Shown here piece by piece: positions 49,434 to 58,277 of a stretch of 64,000 nt of DNA. The notes under the pieces were generated by a model that had not been told where the DNA came from, ran no database searches, and saw nothing but the letters and a program-made list of their open reading frames with translations. Position 1 is the stretch's first letter; every line of letters begins with the position of its first letter. A program made the translations under genes and the position numbers. The stretch comes from Candidatus Cloacimonadota bacterium (GTDB lineage: Bacteria > Cloacimonadota > Cloacimonadia > G963667145). The stretch is taken from contig OY762940.1 in assembly GCA_963667255.1 (NCBI GenBank), forward strand, positions 1,184,001 to 1,248,000. Reading direction: 5' to 3'.

Positions 49434-50439
49434 CAGAAACTCTCCTTTTCATTTTTTCAAATAAATCCATATTTATGTCCAAATAGCGTTTCGCATTATA
49501 CTCCACATATTCGCAACTAACACCGTCACGGGAAATATCCACAAAATTTTCTTTTGGCAATCGGGGATTGTTGTCAACCGATTTATTTACCGGATAAAGA
49601 TTTAATTCGCTCGTTATTATTTTTTGAACTCTCTCCGAAAGAAGCAAATCAATAAATTTTTGGGCAATCTCTTTATTTGGGGAATTTTTGTATATTCCCA
49701 TACCGAAAACTTCTCTAATGCCCAAATCTTTTAACAAAATTGGCTTTAGTTTCGGATTGTAAAACGAATAACTGACACCCCCTATCCAAAGTCCGGCTTC
49801 TCTTGCCAAAACCATTCTGTGAGCGAACGACGGACTGGGAGCAATTTCGCGGATTTTATTTTGCATACTGTGCCAAAATTGCCTATGACCGCTCTGTGTG
49901 AACCGAGCGAGAGTTTTGATATAAAATCCCCTGCTGTATGCAAAATTTTCGGGATTGCACAAGATGAGTTGGTTGTTGCAAAAATCTTCTTGAAGATTTC
50001 CGAGAGTCCGAGGAACGCTTTTAATCTGTGTCGTGTCAGCCAAAATGCAAACATAATCGTAAAACAAGGGCGTGAAGTGATGAGAATTGTTAAAATCCAA
50101 ATCTTTCATACTATTGGTTTCTTCGGATTTATACACATTAAATTTATTGCTCTTAATAGCTTCTTTCAGGAACGGGTTGTTTATCCCTATTGCCACATCA
50201 AAATCCTCAGAAGAGGTGATGAGGTCGTTTATGCCTTCAAAATAGTAAAATGCCGGCTTGTATTTCAAAGAGTTTTCAACTATCTCGGTTATGGAATTTG
50301 GAAACCATTCACCAATGATGTTTTTAACGATGGCGATTCTCAATATGGGCAAGTTTTCTTGTTTTTGAACGCCTTTATTTGTTTTGGAGTTGCAACCAAA
50401 AACTATGATAAAAAGAAGTGGAAATAAAATTTTTCTCAA
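49426..50439 (-). CDS. ABC transporter substrate-binding lipoprotein (thiamine/TbpA-like fold)
   Basis: TTG start after GGAGG, lipobox-like VFGC; A.KFID.LLS..VQ and YPVN C-terminal motifs. Confidence 0.6.
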   Translation of the reverse strand: MRKILFPLLFIIVFGCNSKTNKGVQKQENLPILRIAIVKNIIGEWFPNSITEIVENSLKYKPAFYYFEGINDLITSSEDFDVAIGINNPFLKEAIKSNKFNVYKSEETNSMKDLDFNNSHHFTPLFYDYVCILADTTQIKSVPRTLGNLQEDFCNNQLILCNPENFAYSRGFYIKTLARFTQSGHRQFWHSMQNKIREIAPSPSFAHRMVLAREAGLWIGGVSYSFYNPKLKPILLKDLGIREVFGMGIYKNSPNKEIAQKFIDLLLSERVQKIITSELNLYPVNKSVDNNPRLPKENFVDISRDGVSCEYVEYNAKRYLDINMDLFEKMKRRVSDE

Positions 50440-50440
50440 T

Positions 50441-51193
50441 CTAACCTCCAAACATTGCCGAAGCAACGATAAAATCCATAATAAGAATGGCAATGCTGGA
50501 ATAGACCACGGTGGCAGTAGCGGCAATGCCCACTCCTTCTGCACCATTTTTTGTCCTGCTACCCACGAAGCAGCCCACACTGGTGATTGCCACACCAAAG
50601 AATAGGGATTTTATCAATCCGCCCCACAAATCAAAAGGCAAAAATTTGTCCCGCATACCGCCAAAAAAGATATAGAGGCTAATACCATGATTTAGATACG
50701 ACAAAAGAAAAGCGGAGATAATGCTAACAAAATTGGACAGAATGGTAAGAATGGGGAAAACTATGGCACCTGCGACTATCTTCGGCATATAGATGAAGTT
50801 TATGGGATTTATAGACATGCTGTGTAGAGCGTCCAATTGTTCGGAAATTTTCATTGAGCCTATTTCCGCTGCGACAGATGCTCCGACTTTTCCGCTCAAA
50901 ACCAATGCTATCAATACAGGTCCCAATTCGGTTAAGGTTGTTTTTTCTATGAAAATTCCTATCATACCTTTTGGAGCTAATCCTGCTGTCTGATAGATGG
51001 TTTGCACGGCGGTAACAAAGCCCATAAAAGCGGAAGTTACGACTATTAACAAAAACGAATCGTAGCCGATAGATTTCATCTGTTTCAGGATGTAGTATTT
51101 ACGAACGGGCAGGTATTTTAAAGATTTTATAAATTCAAAGAAAAAAAAAACGAACTCTCCAAAATTATAAAAAAGCAGATATATCTTTTTCAT
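50441..51193 (-). CDS. mlaE: MlaE-family ABC permease
   Basis: ELGPV..ALV.SGKVG...AAEIGSMK.SEQ.DAL..M..NP; GAEGVG.A.T. Confidence 0.92.
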   Translation of the reverse strand: MKKIYLLFYNFGEFVFFFFEFIKSLKYLPVRKYYILKQMKSIGYDSFLLIVVTSAFMGFVTAVQTIYQTAGLAPKGMIGIFIEKTTLTELGPVLIALVLSGKVGASVAAEIGSMKISEQLDALHSMSINPINFIYMPKIVAGAIVFPILTILSNFVSIISAFLLSYLNHGISLYIFFGGMRDKFLPFDLWGGLIKSLFFGVAITSVGCFVGSRTKNGAEGVGIAATATVVYSSIAILIMDFIVASAMFGG

Positions 51194-51210
51194 TTTAGTC
51201 TAAAAACATA

Positions 51211-52629
51211 TTAATCAAAGTCTGGTTCAGACTCCAAATTCATTTCGTCAAAATCGGATAAAGAAGTAGGTTCTGCAAAATCTTCAAATTCGTTGTGTTG
51301 CTGGTCGAGAGTCAAAAATCTTGTTTTCTCGCCCTGGAATTTCAGCCTCGTAAATCCTACTGCTCCATGACGATTTTTTGCTACTATAATCTCGGCAGTC
51401 CCTGGATATTCACATTTCTCTTTGTTGTAGTAATCGTCACGATAGATAAAAATTACTTGGTCGGCATCTTGCTCTATAGAGCCAGACTCACGCAAATCGG
51501 AGAGGAACGGTCTTTTATTGTCTCTGCTCTCTACGCTACGGTTGAGTTGAGATAGAGCTATCACATTGATGTCCAAATCTTTAGCCATAATTTTCAGACC
51601 TCTGGAAATATCGGAAATTTGTTGATATCGTTGTTCGCGTGAATTTGAACTCATCAATTGCAGGTAGTCGATAATAACCATGTCTAAACCGCCAAGTTCT
51701 GCTTTTAGTCGCATAACCTTGGAGCGAATAGAACTCAAAGTGTTTGCTCCGGCATCGTCAATATACAAATGGGATTTTGATAATATCATAGCCGCTTGGG
51801 AGATGCCTCTGAGTTTTTCGGCGTTCATTCCTTTTCCTCTATTCATGCACTCCACATCAACATTGGCAGGACCGGAAAGCATCCGTATCAAAAGCTCTTC
51901 TCCTTCCATCTCCATACTAAAAATAGCAACTTTTCTGTCAGACATATTAGTTAAATTATGGGCAAAATTCAAAGCAAGTGAAGTTTTCCCCATCGCTGGT
52001 CTTGCAGCCAAAACCAAAAATTGTCCCTTGCTAAAACCGCCGATAAGTTTGTCGATATCAGGAAATCCTGTGCTCATACCCGAGAGTTGACTTTTGCTTA
52101 AAGATTTTTCGTTTATTGTCTGGACTACTCCACCCAAATAAGATTCAGCACTTCGGAGTCCGTCACCAATTTTATTGTCTGCAACCTTGAAAACCAAAGA
52201 CTCAGCTTTTTCCACAATCTCATCAACAGGCTCATCATCAGCGTAACATTTTTCTAAAATTGTGTTGGAGACATTTATCAGTTGTCGTAGCCTTGATTTT
52301 TGGAGAACGATTTTGGTGTGATATTTTAAATTGCCACCACTCATCACCACATCGGAGAGTTGATTTAGAAAAGCTAATCCACCAATTTTCTCTAAATTTG
52401 CCTTGCTTTTAAGTTTGTTGGCAATAGTGATTATGTCCACTTCCGTGTTCTCATCAAAGAGTTCTCTAATGGCATTAAAAATCAGACGATGAGAGTTCTT
52501 GTAAAAATCCCATTCTTGTAGTTTTTCGAGAGCAATGGCAACATTTTGATTGTTAATCATCATTGCCGAGAGGATGCCAGATTCGGCTTCCAAATTGTGC
52601 GGTAAGACCTTTAAAGAGTTTTCTTCCAT
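51211..52629 (-). CDS. dnaB: Replicative DNA helicase
   Basis: PHNLEAE, AARPAMGKT, FSMEM, IDYLQL, LSQLNR, SDLRESGSIEQDAD, KNRHG. Confidence 0.97.
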   Translation of the reverse strand: MEENSLKVLPHNLEAESGILSAMMINNQNVAIALEKLQEWDFYKNSHRLIFNAIRELFDENTEVDIITIANKLKSKANLEKIGGLAFLNQLSDVVMSGGNLKYHTKIVLQKSRLRQLINVSNTILEKCYADDEPVDEIVEKAESLVFKVADNKIGDGLRSAESYLGGVVQTINEKSLSKSQLSGMSTGFPDIDKLIGGFSKGQFLVLAARPAMGKTSLALNFAHNLTNMSDRKVAIFSMEMEGEELLIRMLSGPANVDVECMNRGKGMNAEKLRGISQAAMILSKSHLYIDDAGANTLSSIRSKVMRLKAELGGLDMVIIDYLQLMSSNSREQRYQQISDISRGLKIMAKDLDINVIALSQLNRSVESRDNKRPFLSDLRESGSIEQDADQVIFIYRDDYYNKEKCEYPGTAEIIVAKNRHGAVGFTRLKFQGEKTRFLTLDQQHNEFEDFAEPTSLSDFDEMNLESEPDFD

Positions 52630-52638
52630 AATCTCAAG

Positions 52639-53268
52639 TTATACAGTTTCTAAAAATTTTTGTAGGTTTTGCAAATCAATCCAAGCCAACTTTTTCCACT
52701 CATTTCGCCTCAAAAGAGCGGACGGATGATATGTAACAAAAGTGGGAATATTGCTGAAAGAGTGAACTTTTGTTCTCAAATCTTGCATTTTGTCGTCCAA
52801 CCCCAACAGAGAACTTGCAGGAACTTTTCCCAATAAGAGCAAAGCTTTCGGTTTAATTTGTTCTAATTGAGCATACAAATTTGGAATACATTTTTCGACC
52901 TCTTCCGGGAAAGGATTTCTATTTTCCGGAGGACGACATTTGACCACATTGGAAATAAAAACATCCTTTCTATCGATGTTTATTGCCTCCAACATTTTTG
53001 TAAGCAATTTACCGGACCTTCCCACAAAAGGCTTTCCCGAACGGTCTTCTTCTTCGCCAGGAGCTTCCCCAATTATAAACAAATCGGCATTAGGATTGCC
53101 CTCTCCAAACACAATATTCGTCCTTGTTTTAGCCAAAGAACACGCTTGGCAAGCACACTCCGCATTCTTGGATGGAGAAAAATGCCAATGATTGACCCCG
53201 GCGAGTTTCAGCTCTTCAAAATACTGCAAAAATTGTTTGTTAGGATTCAACAATTTCCTCTTCGGCAC
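52639..53268 (-). CDS. Family 4 uracil-DNA glycosylase (4Fe-4S)
   Basis: CQAC.L, GEAPG..ED..G.PFVG, NVVKCRPP.NR, TYHPS. Confidence 0.93.
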   Translation of the reverse strand: MPKRKLLNPNKQFLQYFEELKLAGVNHWHFSPSKNAECACQACSLAKTRTNIVFGEGNPNADLFIIGEAPGEEEDRSGKPFVGRSGKLLTKMLEAINIDRKDVFISNVVKCRPPENRNPFPEEVEKCIPNLYAQLEQIKPKALLLLGKVPASSLLGLDDKMQDLRTKVHSFSNIPTFVTYHPSALLRRNEWKKLAWIDLQNLQKFLETV

Positions 53269-53470
53269 TTTCTACATCATCGATAGAGTATTCTGGAATA
53301 TTATCGAAAGCTACATGTTCTATAGCTGTATGAGCAATTTTCTTCTTAAATTGTTCTCTAATCACAGAAGGTAATTTGCGTAATCTCTCAGCCTCTTTTT
53401 CTGCGGCTATCAAGAAAAGATAGTTCTTGTTAAGTCCTTCCAAAACTTGGCTTACTCTTTTATCAAACAT
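53240..53470 (-). CDS. rpoZ: Probable RNA polymerase omega subunit (divergent)
   Basis: 76 aa directly downstream of gmk; N..Y...AA.K.A..L and K...TAIE patterns. Confidence 0.55.
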   Translation of the reverse strand: MFDKRVSQVLEGLNKNYLFLIAAEKEAERLRKLPSVIREQFKKKIAHTAIEHVAFDNIPEYSIDDVESAEEEIVES

Positions 53471-53487
53471 ATTAGGTATCTCCTACA

Positions 53488-54087
53488 TTATTCAAAATGA
53501 ACATCAATTAGATTAGAAATTTTATTCTCTTCGGCTTCGATAATTGAGTTAGTTAATCTCACCGCTTTTGACAGTTCATTATTGATAACCAAATAGTCAA
53601 ACTCTTTTATTCTTTTTAGTTCCGTCATCATACTTTGCTTGCGAACCAAGATATCTTGCGGGGAGTTCTGCCCTCTTTTTTTGATACGAGCAAGCAATTC
53701 ATCGACAGAAGAAGCCATAATAAAAATAGAAACAGAACTTAAATCTTTATGTTTTTTTATTTGCTCCGCCCCTTGCACATCTATGTCGAGCAAAATGTGC
53801 TTGCCGGCATCCAACCTATTTTGAACATACTTTTTTTCTGTCCCGTAATAATCGGAATGAACTTTGGCAAACTCCAAAAAGTCTTTGTTGGCAATTTTTT
53901 TCTCAAACTCCTCTTCAGAGATGAAAAAATAGTCAACACCATGCACTTCATCGGTGCGAGGCTTGCGAGTAGTAAAAGAGATAGAGAACTCCAAATCGTC
54001 GCGAACTTTGAGAAGTTCATGACAAATAGTACTCTTCCCTGCTCCCGACGGAGCGGCTAAAATAAAAAGAAGTTTTTTATTTTTCAT
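53488..54087 (-). CDS. gmk: Guanylate kinase
   Basis: APSGAGKS, TTRKPR.DE.HG.DY.F, YYGT, DIDVQG. Confidence 0.96.
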   Translation of the reverse strand: MKNKKLLFILAAPSGAGKSTICHELLKVRDDLEFSISFTTRKPRTDEVHGVDYFFISEEEFEKKIANKDFLEFAKVHSDYYGTEKKYVQNRLDAGKHILLDIDVQGAEQIKKHKDLSSVSIFIMASSVDELLARIKKRGQNSPQDILVRKQSMMTELKRIKEFDYLVINNELSKAVRLTNSIIEAEENKISNLIDVHFE

Positions 54088-54467
54088 TCTTTTATCATCA
54101 AGCAATAGTCATCACTTTTGTAAAAAAAATCAAACTCGCTGGGGTCGTCCACTTTGTAACGAAGTAACCAGCCGTTTTCATACGGAGAGGAATTAATTAA
54201 CCCCGGTTCGTTGTCCAAATCTTCGTTTATCCTCTCAATGATCCCGCTAACAGGCGAAATAATTGGCTTTAATCCGTCCTTGGTGCCGATGTATCCGCAG
54301 ACCTCACCCTTTTCAAATTCATAGCCAATCTTAGGTAATTCCACAAAACCGATAATTCCGTATTTCTCTTGAATATATTCAGTTAAGCCTAAATAAACAA
54401 CATTATCTTCAAAAACTTTAAGCCAATGATGGTTCTCTGTATAAAAGAGATCCTCTCTGATTTCCAT
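54084..54467 (-). CDS. Glycine cleavage H-protein-like protein with atypical lipoyl-attachment loop
   Basis: YTENHHW, GLT.Y.Q...G.I.FVELP, SPVSG, N..L...P.LIN.SPY..GW; ESVKA replaced by GTKDG. Confidence 0.8.
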   Translation of the reverse strand: MEIREDLFYTENHHWLKVFEDNVVYLGLTEYIQEKYGIIGFVELPKIGYEFEKGEVCGYIGTKDGLKPIISPVSGIIERINEDLDNEPGLINSSPYENGWLLRYKVDDPSEFDFFYKSDDYCLMIKE

Positions 54468-54714
54468 AGGAAATCTCCTTCCCTACACGATGCAAACAAA
54501 ACACAAACAATTAAAATTTTATTTGAGTAAAAATTTTTCGACCTCTTGTTTTGTCAAATTTTAAATCTTTCTCTTTTTTACATATTTTTTAAGTGATTGA
54601 AGACAATGTAAATAAAAATTTAGCTTAAGAGAGAAACAAAATCCAAATCAGCAAAAATTTAAAATTTAGGCTTAGAATGCTTGACATTTTCGACGGCTGG
54701 ATTTTCCCGATGAT

Positions 54715-55326
54715 ATGAGTATTTTAATAAAATTATTGGGAATTCTCCTATTTATCCCACTACATGAGCTGGCACACGGATATACTGCGTATGTTTTGGG
54801 AGATGACACCGCAAAGAGAGCGGGAAGGCTTACGCTAAACCCAATCAAGCATATAAGCGTAGTTGGGGCAGTTTTGCTTTTTTATGCCGGATTTGGATGG
54901 GCAAAGCCCGTGCCAATCAATCCGATGAATTTCAAGAATGTAAAGCGAGATATGGCGATAACAGCTGCCGCCGGACCTCTGATGAATTTTTTCTTGGCTG
55001 TCTTGCTGGCTTTTGTTTTCAATAAACTTCGCTACATTCTTGTGGCAAACACATTTAACACTTACCTGCTAACTTTCATCTATATCGGTATTCAACTGAA
55101 TGTAGGTCTCGGGATTTTCAACTTGATTCCTCTGCCTCCGCTTGACGGGAGCAAAGTATTGGGAGGATTTTTGTCAGATTCCGCTTTCGCTCGATACACC
55201 CTCAACGAAGAAAAGGGGATAATTTTACTTTTGGTGATTTTTGGACTCGACTACTTGTTCGGCATCAACATCCTTCATTATGTGATTTATCCGCCGATTA
55301 GGCTGATAATGTCAGCGTTGATTTAA
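54715..55326 (+). CDS. Site-2 protease (M50 family)
   Basis: HELAH, GRLTLNP, GWAKPVP, AGP, FNLIPLPPLDG. Confidence 0.93.
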   Translation: MSILIKLLGILLFIPLHELAHGYTAYVLGDDTAKRAGRLTLNPIKHISVVGAVLLFYAGFGWAKPVPINPMNFKNVKRDMAITAAAGPLMNFFLAVLLAFVFNKLRYILVANTFNTYLLTFIYIGIQLNVGLGIFNLIPLPPLDGSKVLGGFLSDSAFARYTLNEEKGIILLLVIFGLDYLFGINILHYVIYPPIRLIMSALI

Positions 55327-55327
55327 G

Positions 55328-58270
55328 CTATTTTATTTCCAAATACGCAGTCTCAATTTTTGCAAACCCATACATTTTTTCTAAAATGGCACGGTAAACT
55401 TCCAATTGATTTTCGTTGGTAATCTCGCCGGTTTTATACTCTACCACAAACGCATCCTTGTTGTCGTGAGAAACCATAAGCCTGTCTATCCTATGCTCTT
55501 TACCTTCAGCTATTATCGGCATTTCACAGAGGATATTCCCCCATTTTTGCTTGTCATACAACCAAGGATTTTTAGAAACTTGCTTATCTAAAACGAGCAA
55601 GTAATTTTTCCATTTCAAACCAAATTTTTTAAGAGTCATTTTGTGGGCTAATCTTTTCTCTTTTTCAGTGTTCCGCTTTATGAAGCTCAAATAGTAGTGA
55701 ATCATCTCCCCGAATAACAAATTTTCTCTATTGCTTTTTTGTGTAGTCTTTGTTTCGTAACTGATTGATAAATCTAAAGATTGCTCGTTCCACTTGTCCG
55801 ACGACTTTTTGGCTTCATTAGTCTTTTTTGCAATTTCGCATACACCTATTTTTGCACTAAAAACTTCATCTGTTTTTTCGACAATTTCACTATCAGCAAA
55901 GCCGCTCATCAACTCATAAGACAACCTTTCTAAGATATTCAAATCATCATCTCCACTTTTTCCCATATCAAAATTGGTAAAAATAAAGAGATTTTTTACC
56001 GCTCTCGTGAGAGCAACATAAACAAGATTCAATATTTCCAAATCATTTTTTTGTTTCACATTATAGACATCTTCGAGCAAATTTTTATAACTGTATGTCA
56101 AAATACTATCTTCAACTTCAGAGAAGTCTGAATTATAAAAGATATAATTTAACAGTTCGGGAGTATTATTTTTTCTATTTGAGCAATCCATAAAATAGAA
56201 AACGGTATCAAATTCCAGTCCTTTGCAAGAATGAATCGTAATCAAATTAATAGCATTTTTATTGACTTCATCCACTTTTTTTAGCTTGTCTTTGTTCTCA
56301 TCAAAATATTCTATAATTTGTGGAATATTGTTGTCGATTTCGCTCAATATTTTTGCCAAAGCCAAAATATTTTTTTGGTCGTTCCCGTCGGAGAAATAGT
56401 CTAAATAATTAAATTTCCTTATAAACTCGGAAAAAATATCAGTCGAGTTTTTTATTTTGTATTCATCTTGTAACTCTTTGTTTTCCAAAATATTTTTGAT
56501 TTTCGTTCCATCCAAGAATAAAGGTGCACCTTTCAAAAATTGATAGAGGGAGTATAAATCATCATAAGCTTGGAATTTCAAGAAATAGATAAATGGCTTG
56601 ATAGCTTTGTGCTCCAAAAGTGAGTCCGCTTGCTTTTGATAGGTTTCAACGCCATTGGCTTTCAGAGTTTCTGCAAAAAAAGACAATTCGTTATTTTTTC
56701 TCGCTATTATGGCACATTTTGACAAATCGATTTCGCTATTTTTGAGAACAGGAACTATGTTTTCGTTTACAAAAGAAGTGATTAAATCTTTCAGTTTTTC
56801 TTTTTTAGCTTCACTCTTTTTTATCTCAAAATTCACAAAACCTTCAGCCTTGAGAGAAGAATTTACCGCTTGATAATTCCACAAATCACCATAATTTTTG
56901 CTAAAAAGATTATTGACCGAATTTACAATATTGACACTACTCCTGTAGCTCGTGTTCAAAACCAAAGACTCACAATTTGGCAAGATGTCAGCCATTTTGT
57001 CCAAGAGTCTCTGCTCTCCGCCTCGCCAAGAATAGATAGCTTGTTTGGTGTCTCCCACGATAATTACAGAGCCATTTTTCTCTTTTATTGCGTTAATTAT
57101 CGGCAGTAAATTCAAATATTGACTGACCGAAGTGTCTTGAAATTCGTCTATCATCAGGACTTTAGGCAAAACATCAAGAAATTGCCAATATTCTTCTTTT
57201 AATTTGCCTGAGTTGGTTAAGAAATTTCCTTTGGAGAAATAGTCTTGCAAAATTCTCCCGAAATCAGCAAAAGTTAATCTTCCATCAATCTCTTCGGTGT
57301 AATAATTTTGGGCTTTTACCGCCAAATCCAAGAGTTGATTATGCTCGATATAAGCCTTGGTTTTTATTAGAAAGTTGCTAAAAATTTTTTGAAATTCCGA
57401 GTATGCCTCTTTAAATTTTTCCAAGGTCTCGAGATTATCACATTTAATTTTTTTCAAAAAAGGCGATTTCTTCCAAATATCGTTCCCAAAATTATTGAAA
57501 GCTTCCAAATAAAATTGCTCATCTTTAGTGATTTTGGAAAAGTCAACGGCAAAATCTTCGGAAAGGACTCTCAATCCTTTTTCTAAAAGAGTTCGAAAAG
57601 GCTTGAGAAACATTTTGTCTGCAGGAATTGGATTGTTGGGACTCACGGCTGAAGCAACAAATTGCAAATCGGATAAACCTTTTTTTAGCTTGTCCAACTC
57701 CTTTTCGTATTCTATATTCTTGCTTTGAAATTCTCGCAAATTTATAGAAAGCAATTCATTTACAAATTCCGAAAATTTGTCTAACTTCTTATCTTGTCTA
57801 TCGATAAAAAATTTGTGGGATTCTCTCAAAGCGAAAATTTTTTCCAATACCTCTTCTCTTTTTTGGGACGACAACGAAGAAGCAACGGAAAAAGAAGAGT
57901 CGCTTATCTCCTGCGATATTAGGCAATTAAAAAGAGATTGCAAATAGCTGTCGAGGGTGTAAACTTTGAGTTTGCTTTTGTCGAAGAGCAGATAGTCGCT
58001 AAAAGAGCTTAAATATGAAAAATCGTCCGCAGACAATTCTAAATTGCAGATATTCCTCAAGTTTTCTTGCAGATCTTTATCGTTCGGGCAATTTTTGAGG
58101 AAGTCAAGAATCCGCTGTTTTATCTCGCTCGTCGCTTTCACGGTGAATGTCATCACCAAAATATCTTCGGGCTTGAGGGCTCTATCTTGCAAAAGAGCCG
58201 CTAAAAATTCTAAGGCGAGACGATAGGTTTTGCCTGTGCCTGCAGAAGCGGAGATGACTTTGCTTTTCAT
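55328..58270 (-). CDS. AddA/RecB-like UvrD helicase with C-terminal PD-(D/E)xK nuclease
   Basis: ASAGTGKT, TFT.KA, IDEFQDT, VGD.KQAIY.WRG, SYRS, TIHSCKGLEF, YVALTRA; nuclease RIDRL..EYKTG..QL..Y. Confidence 0.87.
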   Translation of the reverse strand: MKSKVISASAGTGKTYRLALEFLAALLQDRALKPEDILVMTFTVKATSEIKQRILDFLKNCPNDKDLQENLRNICNLELSADDFSYLSSFSDYLLFDKSKLKVYTLDSYLQSLFNCLISQEISDSSFSVASSLSSQKREEVLEKIFALRESHKFFIDRQDKKLDKFSEFVNELLSINLREFQSKNIEYEKELDKLKKGLSDLQFVASAVSPNNPIPADKMFLKPFRTLLEKGLRVLSEDFAVDFSKITKDEQFYLEAFNNFGNDIWKKSPFLKKIKCDNLETLEKFKEAYSEFQKIFSNFLIKTKAYIEHNQLLDLAVKAQNYYTEEIDGRLTFADFGRILQDYFSKGNFLTNSGKLKEEYWQFLDVLPKVLMIDEFQDTSVSQYLNLLPIINAIKEKNGSVIIVGDTKQAIYSWRGGEQRLLDKMADILPNCESLVLNTSYRSSVNIVNSVNNLFSKNYGDLWNYQAVNSSLKAEGFVNFEIKKSEAKKEKLKDLITSFVNENIVPVLKNSEIDLSKCAIIARKNNELSFFAETLKANGVETYQKQADSLLEHKAIKPFIYFLKFQAYDDLYSLYQFLKGAPLFLDGTKIKNILENKELQDEYKIKNSTDIFSEFIRKFNYLDYFSDGNDQKNILALAKILSEIDNNIPQIIEYFDENKDKLKKVDEVNKNAINLITIHSCKGLEFDTVFYFMDCSNRKNNTPELLNYIFYNSDFSEVEDSILTYSYKNLLEDVYNVKQKNDLEILNLVYVALTRAVKNLFIFTNFDMGKSGDDDLNILERLSYELMSGFADSEIVEKTDEVFSAKIGVCEIAKKTNEAKKSSDKWNEQSLDLSISYETKTTQKSNRENLLFGEMIHYYLSFIKRNTEKEKRLAHKMTLKKFGLKWKNYLLVLDKQVSKNPWLYDKQKWGNILCEMPIIAEGKEHRIDRLMVSHDNKDAFVVEYKTGEITNENQLEVYRAILEKMYGFAKIETAYLEIK

Positions 58271-58277
58271 GCCAAAT

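Noticed and set aside
50440..50598. N-terminal extension of the 390-aa ORF 49426..50598
   Set aside because: Overlaps mlaE in another frame; RBS and signal peptide support a TTG start at 50439
54468..54714. Divergent promoters (TTGACA boxes) between gcvH-like and S2P genes
   Set aside because: -35 hexamers present but no convincing -10 at proper spacing
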